Shown here: piece by piece, positions 48,467 to 58,735 of the stretch
Numbering within the stretch: the stretch's first letter is position 1
Layout: the number at the start of each line of letters is the position of its first letter
DNA from: Candidatus Nomurabacteria bacterium
GTDB taxonomy: Bacteria; Patescibacteriota; Minisyncoccia; Phycocordibacterales; UBA9973
Reading direction: 5' to 3'
DNA: 62,752 nt
NCBI GenBank assembly: GCA_043758875.1
Contig: JAYVMR010000020.1
Span: 1-62,752 of the forward strand
Program-made: the position numbers and the translations under genes
Notes under the pieces: generated by a model
Databases searched by the model: none
What the model saw: only the letters and a program-made list of their open reading frames with translations
What the model was told of the DNA's origin: nothing

Positions 48467-49930
48467 CTACTCCTTTACAAGGAATTTCTGCAACAGTCCG
48501 CCGTGTTCGGCGATGTAGGCGCGGATCTTGCGGCGGGCCATAGTGGTTTTGGCATAGTCCAGCCATTTATTGGAAGGCTTGGATTTTTTACTGGTGATGA
48601 TCTGTACAATGTCACCGTTGCGTAGTTTTGCACCGAGCGGCACCATCTTGCCGTTGACGCGAGCCGAGCTGGTATTTTCACCGATACGGGAATGGATGGC
48701 ATACGCAAAATCGATTGGGCTGGCATCTTCCGGCAAATCGATAACATCTCCTTTGGGAGTGAAGACGAAGATGCGGTTTTTGAACAAGTCGTGATTGAGC
48801 TGTTCCAGGAAGCGGCTAGGGTTGCTCACCACACCTTGCAGCTCGCGTAGCTCATCAAGCCAATCAAGGCTTTTATTGGTCGGTACCGCGCCTTTGCTAA
48901 ATTTATTCTCTTTGTATAAAAAGTGCGAAGCGACACCCATTTCTGCTTCTTGGTTCATGGTAAACGTGCGGATCTGGATCTCGATAATGCCGTGTTCCGT
49001 CACGACGGTGGTATGGATGGATTGATAGCCGTTGGGCTTGGGCAACGCGATATAGTCCTTGATACGGCCAGGAATCGGCTTCCAGAGCATATGCACCAGT
49101 CCCAGCACTTGATAACAATCTGCCACTGTGTTGACTTGCACGCGCAATGCCACGATGTCATAGATGCGCTCGACATCCATTTGGTATTTGGTCAGCTTGC
49201 GATAGAGGCTGTACAGATGCTTGACGCGCGAATCAAGTCTGGCTTCCGATAGTGAAAACTCTGTCAGTGTTTTTTGCAGCGTAGTATGGATCTCCTGAAT
49301 GGTTTGTTGGCTTTCCGGCATGCGGGCATCAAACAGGGTTTTGGTCTCGGTATATTCTTTGGGGTAGGCGTAAGGAAACGCACCGTCTTCGAGCAAGCCT
49401 TTGAGCTTGCCCATACCGAGACGTCCGGCTAATGCCGCATGGACGGCGATTGTTTCGACCGCGATACGCACTTGCTTGTCAGGTCGGACATGTTGCAGCG
49501 TTTGGATATTGTGCAGACGGTCGGCCAGCTTGATGATCAGGACGCGCAAGTCCTCGGCCATGGCGATGAAGAATTTGCGCATGCTCTCGACATGACGCTC
49601 TTGGCCGCGGTATTTCAGCTTACCGAGCTTGGTCACCCCTTTGACCAAGAATAAGATATTCTCGCCAAACTGATCTCTTATTTCCTCTTCGGTCGCGTCA
49701 GTGTCTTCCAAGGTGTCATGCAGCAATCCGCCGATGATAGTTTCAATATCCATGCCCAGCATGGCACAGTTTTTTCCTACCGCGAAGACGTGGATGAAAT
49801 ATGGCTCACCGCTGTTACGCTTCTGCGTCTCGTGTTTCGACTTGGCGAAATCATACGCGTGCTGTATCAACGCGCGATCTTCGGTCGTCAACGGATATTG
49901 AATTAAAGAATATAATTCTTCGATTTCCAT
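48467..49930 (-). CDS. relA: RelA/SpoT-family (p)ppGpp synthetase/hydrolase (HD, synthetase and TGS domains; no ACT domain)
   Basis: HDTLEDT (HD), RIKDYIALPKPNGYQSIHTTV (synthetase), VFTPKGDVIDLPEDASPIDFAYAIHSRIG (TGS). Confidence 0.92.
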   Translation of the reverse strand: MEIEELYSLIQYPLTTEDRALIQHAYDFAKSKHETQKRNSGEPYFIHVFAVGKNCAMLGMDIETIIGGLLHDTLEDTDATEEEIRDQFGENILFLVKGVTKLGKLKYRGQERHVESMRKFFIAMAEDLRVLIIKLADRLHNIQTLQHVRPDKQVRIAVETIAVHAALAGRLGMGKLKGLLEDGAFPYAYPKEYTETKTLFDARMPESQQTIQEIHTTLQKTLTEFSLSEARLDSRVKHLYSLYRKLTKYQMDVERIYDIVALRVQVNTVADCYQVLGLVHMLWKPIPGRIKDYIALPKPNGYQSIHTTVVTEHGIIEIQIRTFTMNQEAEMGVASHFLYKENKFSKGAVPTNKSLDWLDELRELQGVVSNPSRFLEQLNHDLFKNRIFVFTPKGDVIDLPEDASPIDFAYAIHSRIGENTSSARVNGKMVPLGAKLRNGDIVQIITSKKSKPSNKWLDYAKTTMARRKIRAYIAEHGGLLQKFLVKE

Positions 49931-49936
49931 CCTCTT

Positions 49937-49945
49937 ACTATAGCA
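49937..49945 (-). promoter_or_regulatory. Extended -10 (TGcTATAGT) ending 6 nt before the relA/spoT ATG
   Basis: The minus strand reads tgctatagt-aagagg-ATG; sits in the 15-nt gap after the topA stop. Confidence 0.55.
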
Positions 49946-52141
49946 CTATTTCTTTTTCTGAAAACCGCGGGGCTTTTTTTCTTGTGCCAGCAAAGTAAGG
50001 GCTTCTTCCAAAGTTATGTCGAAAACATTCAAAGGTGGTTTGATGGAACGGAAATTGCCATCGCAAGCGACGTAAGGGCCGAAGCGGCCATTGTTGGCAG
50101 TGATACCGGCACCGGTTTTTTCATCCTGGCCCAAAGTGCGCGGCACGGACAGATATTTCAATGCCATCGGCACGGTGACCGTGGTCGGATCGACATCTTT
50201 TGGGATACTGCCCATTTTTGGCTTGGCTTGTTTCTTGCCTTTGACTTTTGGTGGCATTTCGCCGAGCTGCACGTATGGGCCAAAGCGTCCGATCATGGTG
50301 AATATCGGCAAGTTGGTTTCCGGATCAATGCCGATTGGCTCGTCCTTTTTGATTTCCAATCCTTCAATGGTCAATGCGCCGTCACAATCAGGGTAGCGGT
50401 CACAGGACAAGAATTTGCCACCGCGACCGAGCTTGACGATCATAGTGCTGGCGCATTTCGGACAGCGATATTTGTCATCAGCTTTTTCCAAGGTCGTGGC
50501 TTTGTCGAGCTTTTGTTTTTCCTTCACTTCTTTCAAGAACGGCGTGTAAAATTCTGAAAGCACTTTTTTGTACTGTAACTTCCCATTGGCGATCTCATCG
50601 AGTTTGTCTTCCATCTCGGCGGTGAAGGTGTCACTGATGTAATTCATAAAATTTTGTTCCAAGAAACTCGACACTACGTCGCCGGTGTCGGTCGGCTTCA
50701 ATGAGCGACCGACTTTTTCGACATAGCCGCGATCCTCGATGGTTTTCATGATGCTTGCGTAGGTGGAAGGACGGCCGATGCCGCGCGCTTCAAGCTCTTT
50801 GACCAGCCCGGCTTCGGAGTAACGGTTGGGTGGTTCGGTTTGCTTGGCGATGTCTTCGAGCGACACGAGCGTGAGTGGTTCGCCTTTGACCAGCGGCGGC
50901 AATTCAGTGTCCTCACCGCGTGCGGTCACGTCGGCGATCAGCCATCCGGGAAAGAGCACCTGGCTGCCGACGACCGTGAAGTCAGGAATGGTGTCAGAGG
51001 TGACATTTCCCACCACGCGCGTCTTCAATACTTTAGCGTCAGCCATCTGCGATGTGACGGTGCGTTCCCAGATCAAACGATAGAGCTTCTTTTGCTCTTC
51101 GGTCATGCCCAGGGATTCTTTTTCAAAATGAGTCGGACGAATGGCTTCGTGCGCCTCTTGGGCGTTTTTGGCTTTGGTTTTGTACGCGCGCGTTTCCAAG
51201 TATTCCTTGCCGAATTTTTTGATCACTAAGGTGCTGATGCCGGCAATGGCAATGTCGGAAAGGGTAGTGGAGTCGGTACGCATGTAGGTGATGTGACCTG
51301 CCTCATAGAGCTTCTGGGCGACTTGCATGGTGCGAGCCGGAGAAAAGGCCAAACGAGAGCTGGCGGCTTGCTGCAAGGTCGATGTCGTGAAGGGCGCTTT
51401 GGGAGAACGTTTCTGTTCTGTTTCTTTAATATCCTTGACGACCCAATCTTCCTTGTTGGCGATAGCGACGATGCGGTCCACTTCTTTTTTGTCGCGCGGC
51501 TCTTCGACGCAGGTCAGAAGTAGCTTTGCTTTGGACTTAGTGGTAACAGCGGCTTGCAATACCCAATAATCCTCGGGAATGAAAGCGCGGATTTCTCGTT
51601 CGCGTTCGACAATTATGCGCAATGCCGGAGACTGCACGCGGCCGGCGGAAAGCCCGTAGCGCACTTTTTGCCAAATGATGCCGGACAAATCGTACCCGAC
51701 CAGGCGATCGAGCACGCGACGGGCCTCTTGGGCCTGACGCAAGTCGGTATCGATATCGCGGGGATGATGCAAGGCGGCGGTTACGGCTTCCTTGGTGATC
51801 TCATTGAAGGTCACGCGCTTGATCGGCGCTTTGACTTTTTTGTCTTCTTTCAACAGAGACTCGATGTGCCAGGCAATGGCTTCGCCTTCGCGGTCCGGGT
51901 CGGTCGCCAGGATGATTTCTTTGGCGTCTTCAGCCAAGACCTGCAATTCATGCACGACTTTTTCCTTGCCCTTGCTGATCTCGTAATGCGGCACGAAGCC
52001 GCCTTCGATGTCGATGGCTTTCTTGTTGGACTTGGGCAAGTCGCGCACATGTCCGACTGAAGCGCGCACCGTGTACGCGCCTTCAAGGTATTTTTCTATG
52101 GTTTTGGCTTTGGAAGGGGATTCAACGATCAATAATTTCAT
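49946..52141 (-). CDS. topA: DNA topoisomerase I
   Basis: Toprim LLIVESPSKAKTIEKYL, ATDPDREGE, active-site region ITYMRTDS, C-terminal Zn ribbon CPKC...CDRYPDC; start at MKLLIVES. Confidence 0.95.
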   Translation of the reverse strand: MKLLIVESPSKAKTIEKYLEGAYTVRASVGHVRDLPKSNKKAIDIEGGFVPHYEISKGKEKVVHELQVLAEDAKEIILATDPDREGEAIAWHIESLLKEDKKVKAPIKRVTFNEITKEAVTAALHHPRDIDTDLRQAQEARRVLDRLVGYDLSGIIWQKVRYGLSAGRVQSPALRIIVEREREIRAFIPEDYWVLQAAVTTKSKAKLLLTCVEEPRDKKEVDRIVAIANKEDWVVKDIKETEQKRSPKAPFTTSTLQQAASSRLAFSPARTMQVAQKLYEAGHITYMRTDSTTLSDIAIAGISTLVIKKFGKEYLETRAYKTKAKNAQEAHEAIRPTHFEKESLGMTEEQKKLYRLIWERTVTSQMADAKVLKTRVVGNVTSDTIPDFTVVGSQVLFPGWLIADVTARGEDTELPPLVKGEPLTLVSLEDIAKQTEPPNRYSEAGLVKELEARGIGRPSTYASIMKTIEDRGYVEKVGRSLKPTDTGDVVSSFLEQNFMNYISDTFTAEMEDKLDEIANGKLQYKKVLSEFYTPFLKEVKEKQKLDKATTLEKADDKYRCPKCASTMIVKLGRGGKFLSCDRYPDCDGALTIEGLEIKKDEPIGIDPETNLPIFTMIGRFGPYVQLGEMPPKVKGKKQAKPKMGSIPKDVDPTTVTVPMALKYLSVPRTLGQDEKTGAGITANNGRFGPYVACDGNFRSIKPPLNVFDITLEEALTLLAQEKKPRGFQKKK

Positions 52142-52203
52142 ATGAGTGACTGCAGTAGTACCATGCAGGGATTTTTTTGGCAAATAATCTGAGGGCGTGT
52201 CTA

Positions 52204-53070
52204 TTATATAGTACGTTGTATCAAACCGTATGTTTCTTTGATAACACCTTTTATTTCCAGCGTGGAAAAGGCGATACTGGCGGTGATCGGATCAAGACCG
52301 GTCGCTTCGATGATGGATTCTTTGGATAACGGTGCACGCAGGGCATTGATGATGGTCTGTTCGACTTCGTTGAGAATAATGTTTGGAAAAGGCAGCATGC
52401 CGGCTTCGGTCAAGCCTAATTCGCGCACGATATCGGCGCTTTCAGTGATCGGCACCGCGCCAAGCTTCAACAGCCAATTGGCGCCGACGGAAGTAGGAGA
52501 ATTGATCGGGCCGGGCACCGCGCCGACTATCTTGTTGTATTCGGTAGCCAAGCGGCTGGTGATGAGCGTGCCGGACTTGGGCGCGGCCTCGATGACGATC
52601 GTCATCGAGGCAATGCCGGCTTCCAAGCGATTGCGCGTCGGGAACGTCCAATGCGCGCCGATGGTGCCGTGATCGAATTCGCTCAGCAATGCGCCGCCGG
52701 ACTCCAAGATTCGTTGCGCCAATTTTTTATTTTGTGATGGATACAACACGTCCCAATGCAGCCCCGATCCAGGAAAAGCCAAGGTCGGCAATCCGGCATC
52801 GATGGCGGCTTGATGGGCAATGGCATCGATGCCGATCGCCAACCCCGAAACGATCGTCACCGGTTGATCGCGCAATCCTTTGATCAGCATCTCGCAGGCG
52901 TATTTGCCGTAGCTGGAATAGTTGCGCGAGCCGACAATGGTGATGAACGTCGTGCCGATGATGCGTTCCAGCGACCCGCGCATATGGAGTGTTTTGGGCG
53001 GCTGCGGTATTTCCTTGAGCTGCGGAAAATACTGCTCCGGAATAATGGTGTGAATGGGAAATTGTTCCAT
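52204..53070 (-). CDS. dprA: DNA-processing protein DprA
   Basis: IVGSRNYSSYG, IVSGLAIGIDAIAHQAA, LAFPGSGL; start chosen at MEQFPIH for its leaderless-type -10; ATG 53094 and TTG 53097 are alternatives. Confidence 0.88.
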   Translation of the reverse strand: MEQFPIHTIIPEQYFPQLKEIPQPPKTLHMRGSLERIIGTTFITIVGSRNYSSYGKYACEMLIKGLRDQPVTIVSGLAIGIDAIAHQAAIDAGLPTLAFPGSGLHWDVLYPSQNKKLAQRILESGGALLSEFDHGTIGAHWTFPTRNRLEAGIASMTIVIEAAPKSGTLITSRLATEYNKIVGAVPGPINSPTSVGANWLLKLGAVPITESADIVRELGLTEAGMLPFPNIILNEVEQTIINALRAPLSKESIIEATGLDPITASIAFSTLEIKGVIKETYGLIQRTI

Positions 53071-53076
53071 CCCTTC

Positions 53077-53082
53077 ATTATG
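53077..53082 (-). promoter_or_regulatory. -10 box (CATAAT) ending 6 nt before ATG 53070
   Basis: The minus strand reads gtgcataat-gaaggg-ATG. Confidence 0.4.
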
Positions 53083-53152
53083 CACATTACCCATCAAGAA
53101 AAACTCAAGAATAGTTTAAAAAATCCTCAAAATACGCTATAGTAGAGCTACT

Positions 53153-54421
53153 ATGCTGGATATTAAATTCATCAAGGAAAACCCGGATATTATCAAGGAA
53201 GCGGTCCAGAAGAAAAACCTGGCATTTGATGTCGACGAATTGCTGGCCGTCGATGAGAAGCGCCGTGCCGCCTTGGCATCATTCGAATCATTGCGCACCG
53301 AACAAAACACTCTTTCTGATGCCATTCCGCAAACGAATGATCCTACGGCGCGCGCTGAACTGATAGAAAATTTAAAGCCGCTCAAGGAAAAAGTGCAAGA
53401 AGCCGAAGAAGCTGTGCGTGTCGTCATGAAAGAATGGCAAGCCTTGATGCTGCAAGTGCCCAACATTCCCGACATGTCCGCGCCAATCGGTCCCGATGAA
53501 TCGGCCAACGTGGTGCACAAGACCTGGGGGGATAAGCCGAATTTTGATTTCGCGCCGAAAGACCACATCGATATCATGCTGGCATTGGACATGGTGGATT
53601 TTGAACGCGGGGTGAAAGTCCACGGCTTCCGCGGCTATTTCTTGAAAGGTGAAGGAGTGCGATTGTGTTTTGCTATTTGGAATTACGCGTTGGACTTCTG
53701 GAGCGCGCGGGGATTCAACCCCGTCATGCCTCCGGCCATTACCAAACGTGAGCCATTGATGGGGTGCGGCTTCATTCCGCAAGGCGAAGAAGATATTTAT
53801 CGCGCCCAAGACGGCTCATATTTCGTCGGTACTTCGGAAGTGCCGTTGATGGGCATGTATATGGACGAAGTCCTGGGCGAAGAGCAATTGCCGATCAAGA
53901 TGCTGGGCTTCTCGCCCTGCTATCGTTTGGAAGCGGGAAGTTATACCAAGGATATCAAAGGGCTCATTCGCGTCCATGAATTCTATAAAATGGAACAAGT
54001 GGTATTGTGCGTGGCATCACATGAAGAGAGTGTGCGACAGCATGAAGCGGTCAACGTCAACACTGAACAGTTCATCGAATCATTCGGCATTCCGTATCAG
54101 ACCATCATGAACTCCACCGGCGATATGGGGCTTTCAAAAGTGAAAATGTATGACATCGAATTGTGGGTGCCGAAAGAGGAAACCTATCGCGAGATTTCTT
54201 CCGCTTCTTATTTCCATGATTTTCAAACTCGTCGCTTGGGTATTCGTTACAAAGACAGCGAAGGCAAGCTGCGCTACGCTCACTCGCTGAACTGTACCGC
54301 CATTCCCACGCCGCGCATCCTGGTGTCATTGATAGAAAATTTCCAAGAAGCCGATGGCACTATCCGCATTCCTGAGGTCTTGCGACCCTATATGAACAAT
54401 AAGCAATTCATTGGCAAATAA
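53153..54421 (+). CDS. serS: Serine--tRNA ligase
   Basis: MLDIKFIKENPD coiled-coil N-arm; class II motifs GFSPCYRLEAGS and the C-terminal NCTAIPTPR region. Confidence 0.95.
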   Translation: MLDIKFIKENPDIIKEAVQKKNLAFDVDELLAVDEKRRAALASFESLRTEQNTLSDAIPQTNDPTARAELIENLKPLKEKVQEAEEAVRVVMKEWQALMLQVPNIPDMSAPIGPDESANVVHKTWGDKPNFDFAPKDHIDIMLALDMVDFERGVKVHGFRGYFLKGEGVRLCFAIWNYALDFWSARGFNPVMPPAITKREPLMGCGFIPQGEEDIYRAQDGSYFVGTSEVPLMGMYMDEVLGEEQLPIKMLGFSPCYRLEAGSYTKDIKGLIRVHEFYKMEQVVLCVASHEESVRQHEAVNVNTEQFIESFGIPYQTIMNSTGDMGLSKVKMYDIELWVPKEETYREISSASYFHDFQTRRLGIRYKDSEGKLRYAHSLNCTAIPTPRILVSLIENFQEADGTIRIPEVLRPYMNNKQFIGK

Positions 54422-54435
54422 CATAGGCAAGCACC

Positions 54436-55266
54436 ATGTATGAGCGTAGCTATAACAAAACGGTTTTAAAAACGGAATCCGTGCCGGCTAAGAAAAAAGG
54501 CCGTATTAATTGGAATATTGTACTACGGATTTTTATCACTCTAGCGGTGATAGCAGCAGTAATTATTTTAATACGCTGGCCGCGATTACAGGTCAAGAAT
54601 ATCGAAGTAGTTGGGGCGAATGTGGTGGACCCGGGAGATGTGACGGAATTCATTCACAATGATTTACAAGGCAAGCGATTGCTTATTTTGCCGCGCACCA
54701 GTATCTTCTTGGTATCGACACGCAGGCTTCAGCAAAAACTCAAGACGCAATTTCCGCGCTTTCAAACCGTGACGGTCAATCGCGAAAACTTCTCCACACT
54801 GAAAGTCAATGTAACCGAATACCAAGGGATGTATCTGTGGTGTGCCGATACTGCTACCTGTTATTCGATGGATCAAAATGGCGTGGCCTTCGCGCCGGCG
54901 CCGTATTTTTCCGGTAGTGCCTACCCGAAAATCTTTGGCGGTACCGCGCAGCCACTGCCGTTTCAAGCGGTCAGTGCCGATCAGCTCAAGATCATTGCCA
55001 TGTTGCTGGATAAGCTGCCCGCGCTTTCGATCATTCCTTCCGAATTTCATTTCGTGGACGGCCATGAGCTTGATGTCTATTTCAATCATGGTGGCCATCA
55101 AGCGATATTGTTATTTGATCAGACTGCCGATGTCGACCAAGCCATCACCGCATTATTCACCGGCTTGCGTACTAATCCATTGGCGGGGAAATTTCATGAC
55201 AGCGCTCAGGTCTTGCAGTATATCGATCTGCGCTTTTCTAATCGCGTAGTCTATAAGTTCCAATAG
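54436..55266 (+). CDS. ftsQ: FtsQ/DivIB-like cell-division protein (TM segment plus POTRA)
   Basis: One TM segment followed by LQVKNIEVVGANVVDPGDV (POTRA-type start). Confidence 0.65.
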   Translation: MYERSYNKTVLKTESVPAKKKGRINWNIVLRIFITLAVIAAVIILIRWPRLQVKNIEVVGANVVDPGDVTEFIHNDLQGKRLLILPRTSIFLVSTRRLQQKLKTQFPRFQTVTVNRENFSTLKVNVTEYQGMYLWCADTATCYSMDQNGVAFAPAPYFSGSAYPKIFGGTAQPLPFQAVSADQLKIIAMLLDKLPALSIIPSEFHFVDGHELDVYFNHGGHQAILLFDQTADVDQAITALFTGLRTNPLAGKFHDSAQVLQYIDLRFSNRVVYKFQ

Positions 55267-55267
55267 T

Positions 55268-56368
55268 ATGAATTTCTGGCAAGAGTTAAAAAAGAAGGAG
55301 GGTCCATTTTTTTGCGTGGCACCGATGGCCGATGTCACGGATCCGGCATTCCGACGATTGATCGCGAAGTATGGGAAACCTGATGTGATGTGGACTGAAT
55401 TCGTTTCGGCTAATGGCTTGATGAGCGCCGGTCGCGCGATATTGCAGAGGGATTTAGCTTATGATGCATCCGAACGTCCAATCGTGGCGCAACTTTTTTC
55501 TTCCGATGTCGACAAGATGGAACAGGCGGCGCGATTGTGTGCCGAGCTGGGATTTGATGGCATTGATATCAATATGGGTTGTCCGGACAAGACCATTGAA
55601 AAGCAGGGGGCTGGTGCGGGTATGATCAAGACACCCGAGGTGGCAGTCGCGATCATTGCGGCTGCCAAACGCGGTGCGGGCACGGTGCCGGTATCGGTCA
55701 AGACTCGCGTGGGATATAACGCGGTGCAAATCCCGGAATGGATCGCGCTGTTATTGCAGCAAGACATTGCGGCACTGACGGTGCACGCGCGCACGCGCAA
55801 GGAACTGTCGAAAGTACCGGCGCACTGGGAATATTTGAAAGAAGTAGTGGCCTTGCGCGACCGGCTCGCTCCACAAACGGTCGTTATCGGCAATGGGGAC
55901 GTGACGAGTCTGAGTGACGGAAGACTAAAGGCTCAGGCCAGTGGCGTCGATGGCGTGATGGTCGGCCGTGCATTGTTCGGCAACCCGTGGTTTTTTGATG
56001 CGCACAGGGAGATGGTGGCCAGTATTCCTCGCAAATCCATATGGCAAAAAATTCCTTTTTTGGGGAAGTACATACAGACACGGCGGACTGCTGCGCAGTC
56101 CGCCGTGCAGCCCATTACGGTCCCTGAACGACTGAACGTGATGGTGGAACACACGAAATTGTTTGAAGAGTTGGTAGGCACTCCTGAATTCCCAGTTCTA
56201 CCTGGCGGTAGAACTGGGAAAAGCTTTTCCATTATGAAAAAACACTACAAAGCTTATTGTACGGGCTTTACCGGCGCCAAGGAGTTGCGCATGCGTCTGA
56301 TGGAAGAAGCCAAGAACGCGGCCGATGTCGAAAAAATAGCCCAAGATTTTTTAGCAAACAATTTCTGA
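55268..56368 (+). CDS. tRNA-dihydrouridine synthase
   Basis: VAPMADVTDPAFRRL, DINMGCP, TVHARTR. Confidence 0.9.
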   Translation: MNFWQELKKKEGPFFCVAPMADVTDPAFRRLIAKYGKPDVMWTEFVSANGLMSAGRAILQRDLAYDASERPIVAQLFSSDVDKMEQAARLCAELGFDGIDINMGCPDKTIEKQGAGAGMIKTPEVAVAIIAAAKRGAGTVPVSVKTRVGYNAVQIPEWIALLLQQDIAALTVHARTRKELSKVPAHWEYLKEVVALRDRLAPQTVVIGNGDVTSLSDGRLKAQASGVDGVMVGRALFGNPWFFDAHREMVASIPRKSIWQKIPFLGKYIQTRRTAAQSAVQPITVPERLNVMVEHTKLFEELVGTPEFPVLPGGRTGKSFSIMKKHYKAYCTGFTGAKELRMRLMEEAKNAADVEKIAQDFLANNF

Positions 56369-56382
56369 TACAATAGACTCAT

Positions 56383-57429
56383 ATGCATGACCAAGTCTTA
56401 TATCGCAAATACCGTCCCAGTAACTGGCAAGAGGTGGTCGGCCAGGAACATATTGTTTCCGTGTTGTCACAATCCATCGAAAGCGGCAATTTCTCCCATG
56501 CCTACCTTTTCACCGGCAGTCGCGGCACCGGCAAGACTTCCGTGGCCCGTATCTTTGCCAAAGCATTGGGCACTAATCCTGAGGATATCGCGGAAATAGA
56601 CGCAGCCTCCAACAGGGGGATTGATGACATCAGGGCATTGCGTGAAGCGGTGCGCGTGCTGCCATTCTCCTCGCACTACAAGGTGTACATCATCGATGAG
56701 GTACACATGCTGTCACGCGATGCATTCAATGCATTGTTGAAGACATTGGAAGAACCGCCGGCACACTGTATCTTTATTCTGGCGACCACCGAGCTTGATA
56801 AGGTACCGGAGACGATACTGTCACGCTGCCAAGTCTTTTCATTCCGTAAGCCGACCGAGCGCACACTGGTCAAAGAAGTCGAGCGCATTGCCGAGTCGGA
56901 ACGAGTGATTATCGATAGTGATAGTGCTTCCTTGATCGCATTTTTGGGTGACGGTTCATTCCGCGACACGCTCAGCATCTTGCAAAAAGTCTTTTCGGCC
57001 ACCAAGGACCGCATCATCACACGCGAGATGACTGAGGCGGTGACCGGGGCACCCTCTCTGACAGTGATCCATGAGCTCTATAGCGCGTTGATCACCAAGG
57101 ATATTGATGCCTTGTATATGACGCTGGAACGAGCGGAGGCTCATCATACTGACATGATGCTCCTGGCACAGCTCTTGCTCGATACCATGCGTCTGTCATT
57201 ACAGTACCGCTACTCGCCAAGTAGTCGCGAAGAGATCGAAGCTGATCATTCCCAGCAGTATACCGAGGTCATAAAAAGGGGAGCGGTGGAAAGCACTGAT
57301 GCCATTTCCTCTCGCGGCATCGTGGCACTGATCACCGCCATCGAACGCATCGCCTATGCTTCCATCCCGACCTTGCCGCTTGAACTGGCATTCATCGAAA
57401 TGACCGGCGCTGAAACACTGAAGGTATAA
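56383..57429 (+). CDS. dnaX: DNA polymerase III gamma/tau subunit (short form)
   Basis: YRKYRPSNWQEVVGQEH, YLFTGSRGTGKTS, VYIIDEVHML, SRCQVF. Confidence 0.9.
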   Translation: MHDQVLYRKYRPSNWQEVVGQEHIVSVLSQSIESGNFSHAYLFTGSRGTGKTSVARIFAKALGTNPEDIAEIDAASNRGIDDIRALREAVRVLPFSSHYKVYIIDEVHMLSRDAFNALLKTLEEPPAHCIFILATTELDKVPETILSRCQVFSFRKPTERTLVKEVERIAESERVIIDSDSASLIAFLGDGSFRDTLSILQKVFSATKDRIITREMTEAVTGAPSLTVIHELYSALITKDIDALYMTLERAEAHHTDMMLLAQLLLDTMRLSLQYRYSPSSREEIEADHSQQYTEVIKRGAVESTDAISSRGIVALITAIERIAYASIPTLPLELAFIEMTGAETLKV

Positions 57430-57443
57430 GGAAATGTAAAAGG

Positions 57444-57463
57444 GTGTTCGCTTACGCGAACAC
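57444..57463. terminator. Hairpin between convergent dnaX and the 57452-57793 gene
   Basis: gtgttcgc-ttac-gcgaacac; overlaps the minus-gene stop codon. Confidence 0.55.
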
Positions 57464-57793
57464 TCTTAATTCCGGCGGGAGGACATGTCTTACTTTCCAT
57501 CTCGAAACATGCTCTTGTTTTGCATCTTCAAAAAATTGTTTTATCAGAGCCTGAAGAGAATCGGGACAAAATATCTGTTGATCATTTTTGTAATTCGTCC
57601 ATTTCTTTGTGATTTTTCGCAAGCAAAAACGTTTTCGCCGAGTAGTTAATCTCCATACCAATGTGTTCTTGATAGGAAAAATAACTGTATGAATGAGCGT
57701 GGCAATTAATATAACGATGCCTGCCGCAATCACTATTCCTTCAATGAACACTGCCAGTATGCCAATAGCTACATATTCAGGTACTTTTTTCAT
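57452..57793 (-). CDS. Membrane protein (hypothetical)
   Basis: 113-aa ORF; two N-terminal TM segments and a basic cytoplasmic tail. Confidence 0.5.
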   Translation of the reverse strand: MKKVPEYVAIGILAVFIEGIVIAAGIVILIATLIHTVIFPIKNTLVWRLTTRRKRFCLRKITKKWTNYKNDQQIFCPDSLQALIKQFFEDAKQEHVSRWKVRHVLPPELRVFA

Positions 57794-57863
57794 TTCATTA
57801 GGGTTTTTCTCACTATAGCACCCCTTGAAACCGGGTCAACCATTTTTCTTTGCTGGCTTGCTT

Positions 57864-58154
57864 ATGGAAACTCCAAACCATATCCTCTTCAAAGTCATTT
57901 ACAACCAAGAAAAAGTGCTGGAAATTGAAAACGAAATACTTACCTATCTGGCCGACTTTTCCAAAGACAAATACTTGGAACAAGAAAAGCTCCCTCGCTA
58001 CAAAGAAAAACGGCTTCACTTTACAGAGCAGATAAACCAAATAGCAACTCTTAATTCCATGACAATAATTAACAGTCAAAAAATCTACAGGCATTTCTGT
58101 TACAGCATCAAGGATTTTTTGAGAAAAAAGCTGCAAAGAAGAAAGTTACCCTAA
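57864..58154 (+). CDS. Hypothetical protein, possibly the 5' part of a frameshifted gene
   Basis: The plus-strand ORF (METPNHILFKV...) reads as more protein-like than the antisense ORF; a CxxC...CxxC tail continues in another frame to 58285. Confidence 0.3.
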   Translation: METPNHILFKVIYNQEKVLEIENEILTYLADFSKDKYLEQEKLPRYKEKRLHFTEQINQIATLNSMTIINSQKIYRHFCYSIKDFLRKKLQRRKLP

Positions 58155-58350
58155 CTCGTAGCCAATGCTACTGCTTCACTTGCAAAGCCCCTCGGCACGC
58201 AAAGCGAGGCTCAATCAAGAAGTCGGGAGATAGAAAATCAGGCACATGCAGTGTCTGCAGCGGGAAAATGTGTAGGACAATATAACCCTACCAAGTCTGG
58301 CGCATACGTGTGATGAACATAACATAGGTAAACATGTTCAACTTTTTAAA

Positions 58351-58690
58351 TTAATAAGGAATTTTGCATTCTTCAAAGCAATGAGCTTTGCGATTAAGGG
58401 AAAAGTGCTTTTCTCTCCCTTTTGTTTCTGCTTGCACCGCCTTAACCGATGATAAGACCTGTAGGTGATAGGTGATCGTCGGCTGCTTCAATCCCATTTT
58501 TTTTGGTTATTTCAGTGACAGTCATGCCGTTTTTTGTTTTGCCAAGCATGCACACGAGGTTGTAGCGGCTTCGTTCTCCCACGACCTTAAAGCAGTCGGG
58601 GCATAGTTCTTCTTCTCCCGTGACTGTCTGGGGTACCCAATCCGGCCGGGAATACACGCGTTGTTTCTTTTTTGAATTATTGTCTTTCAT
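58351..58690 (-). pseudogene. ArsR/SmtB-type HTH regulator, apparently disrupted by a stop and a frameshift
   Basis: 82-aa ORF (58442-58690) has the ArsR-like FKVVGERSRYNLVCML...VTEITKK...HLSPTGLI; the wing motif ETKGREKHFSLN continues in the +1 frame after the stop down to 58351. Confidence 0.45.
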
Positions 58691-58735
58691 ATAGATATGT
58701 ATCTATGTTATTATATATTGATCATTATCAATATA
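58691..58735. promoter_or_regulatory. Two AT-rich palindromic operators in a divergent promoter region
   Basis: atagata-tg-tatctat (58691-58706) and tatattgat-catt-atcaatata (58714-58735), between the ArsR-like gene and the PNPOx-like gene. Confidence 0.55.

Noticed and set aside
57813-58136. The 107-aa minus-strand ORF opposite 57825-58154.
   Set aside because: It has a Phe/Val/Leu-heavy, implausible sequence. The plus-strand reading looks more protein-like, although neither is strongly supported.
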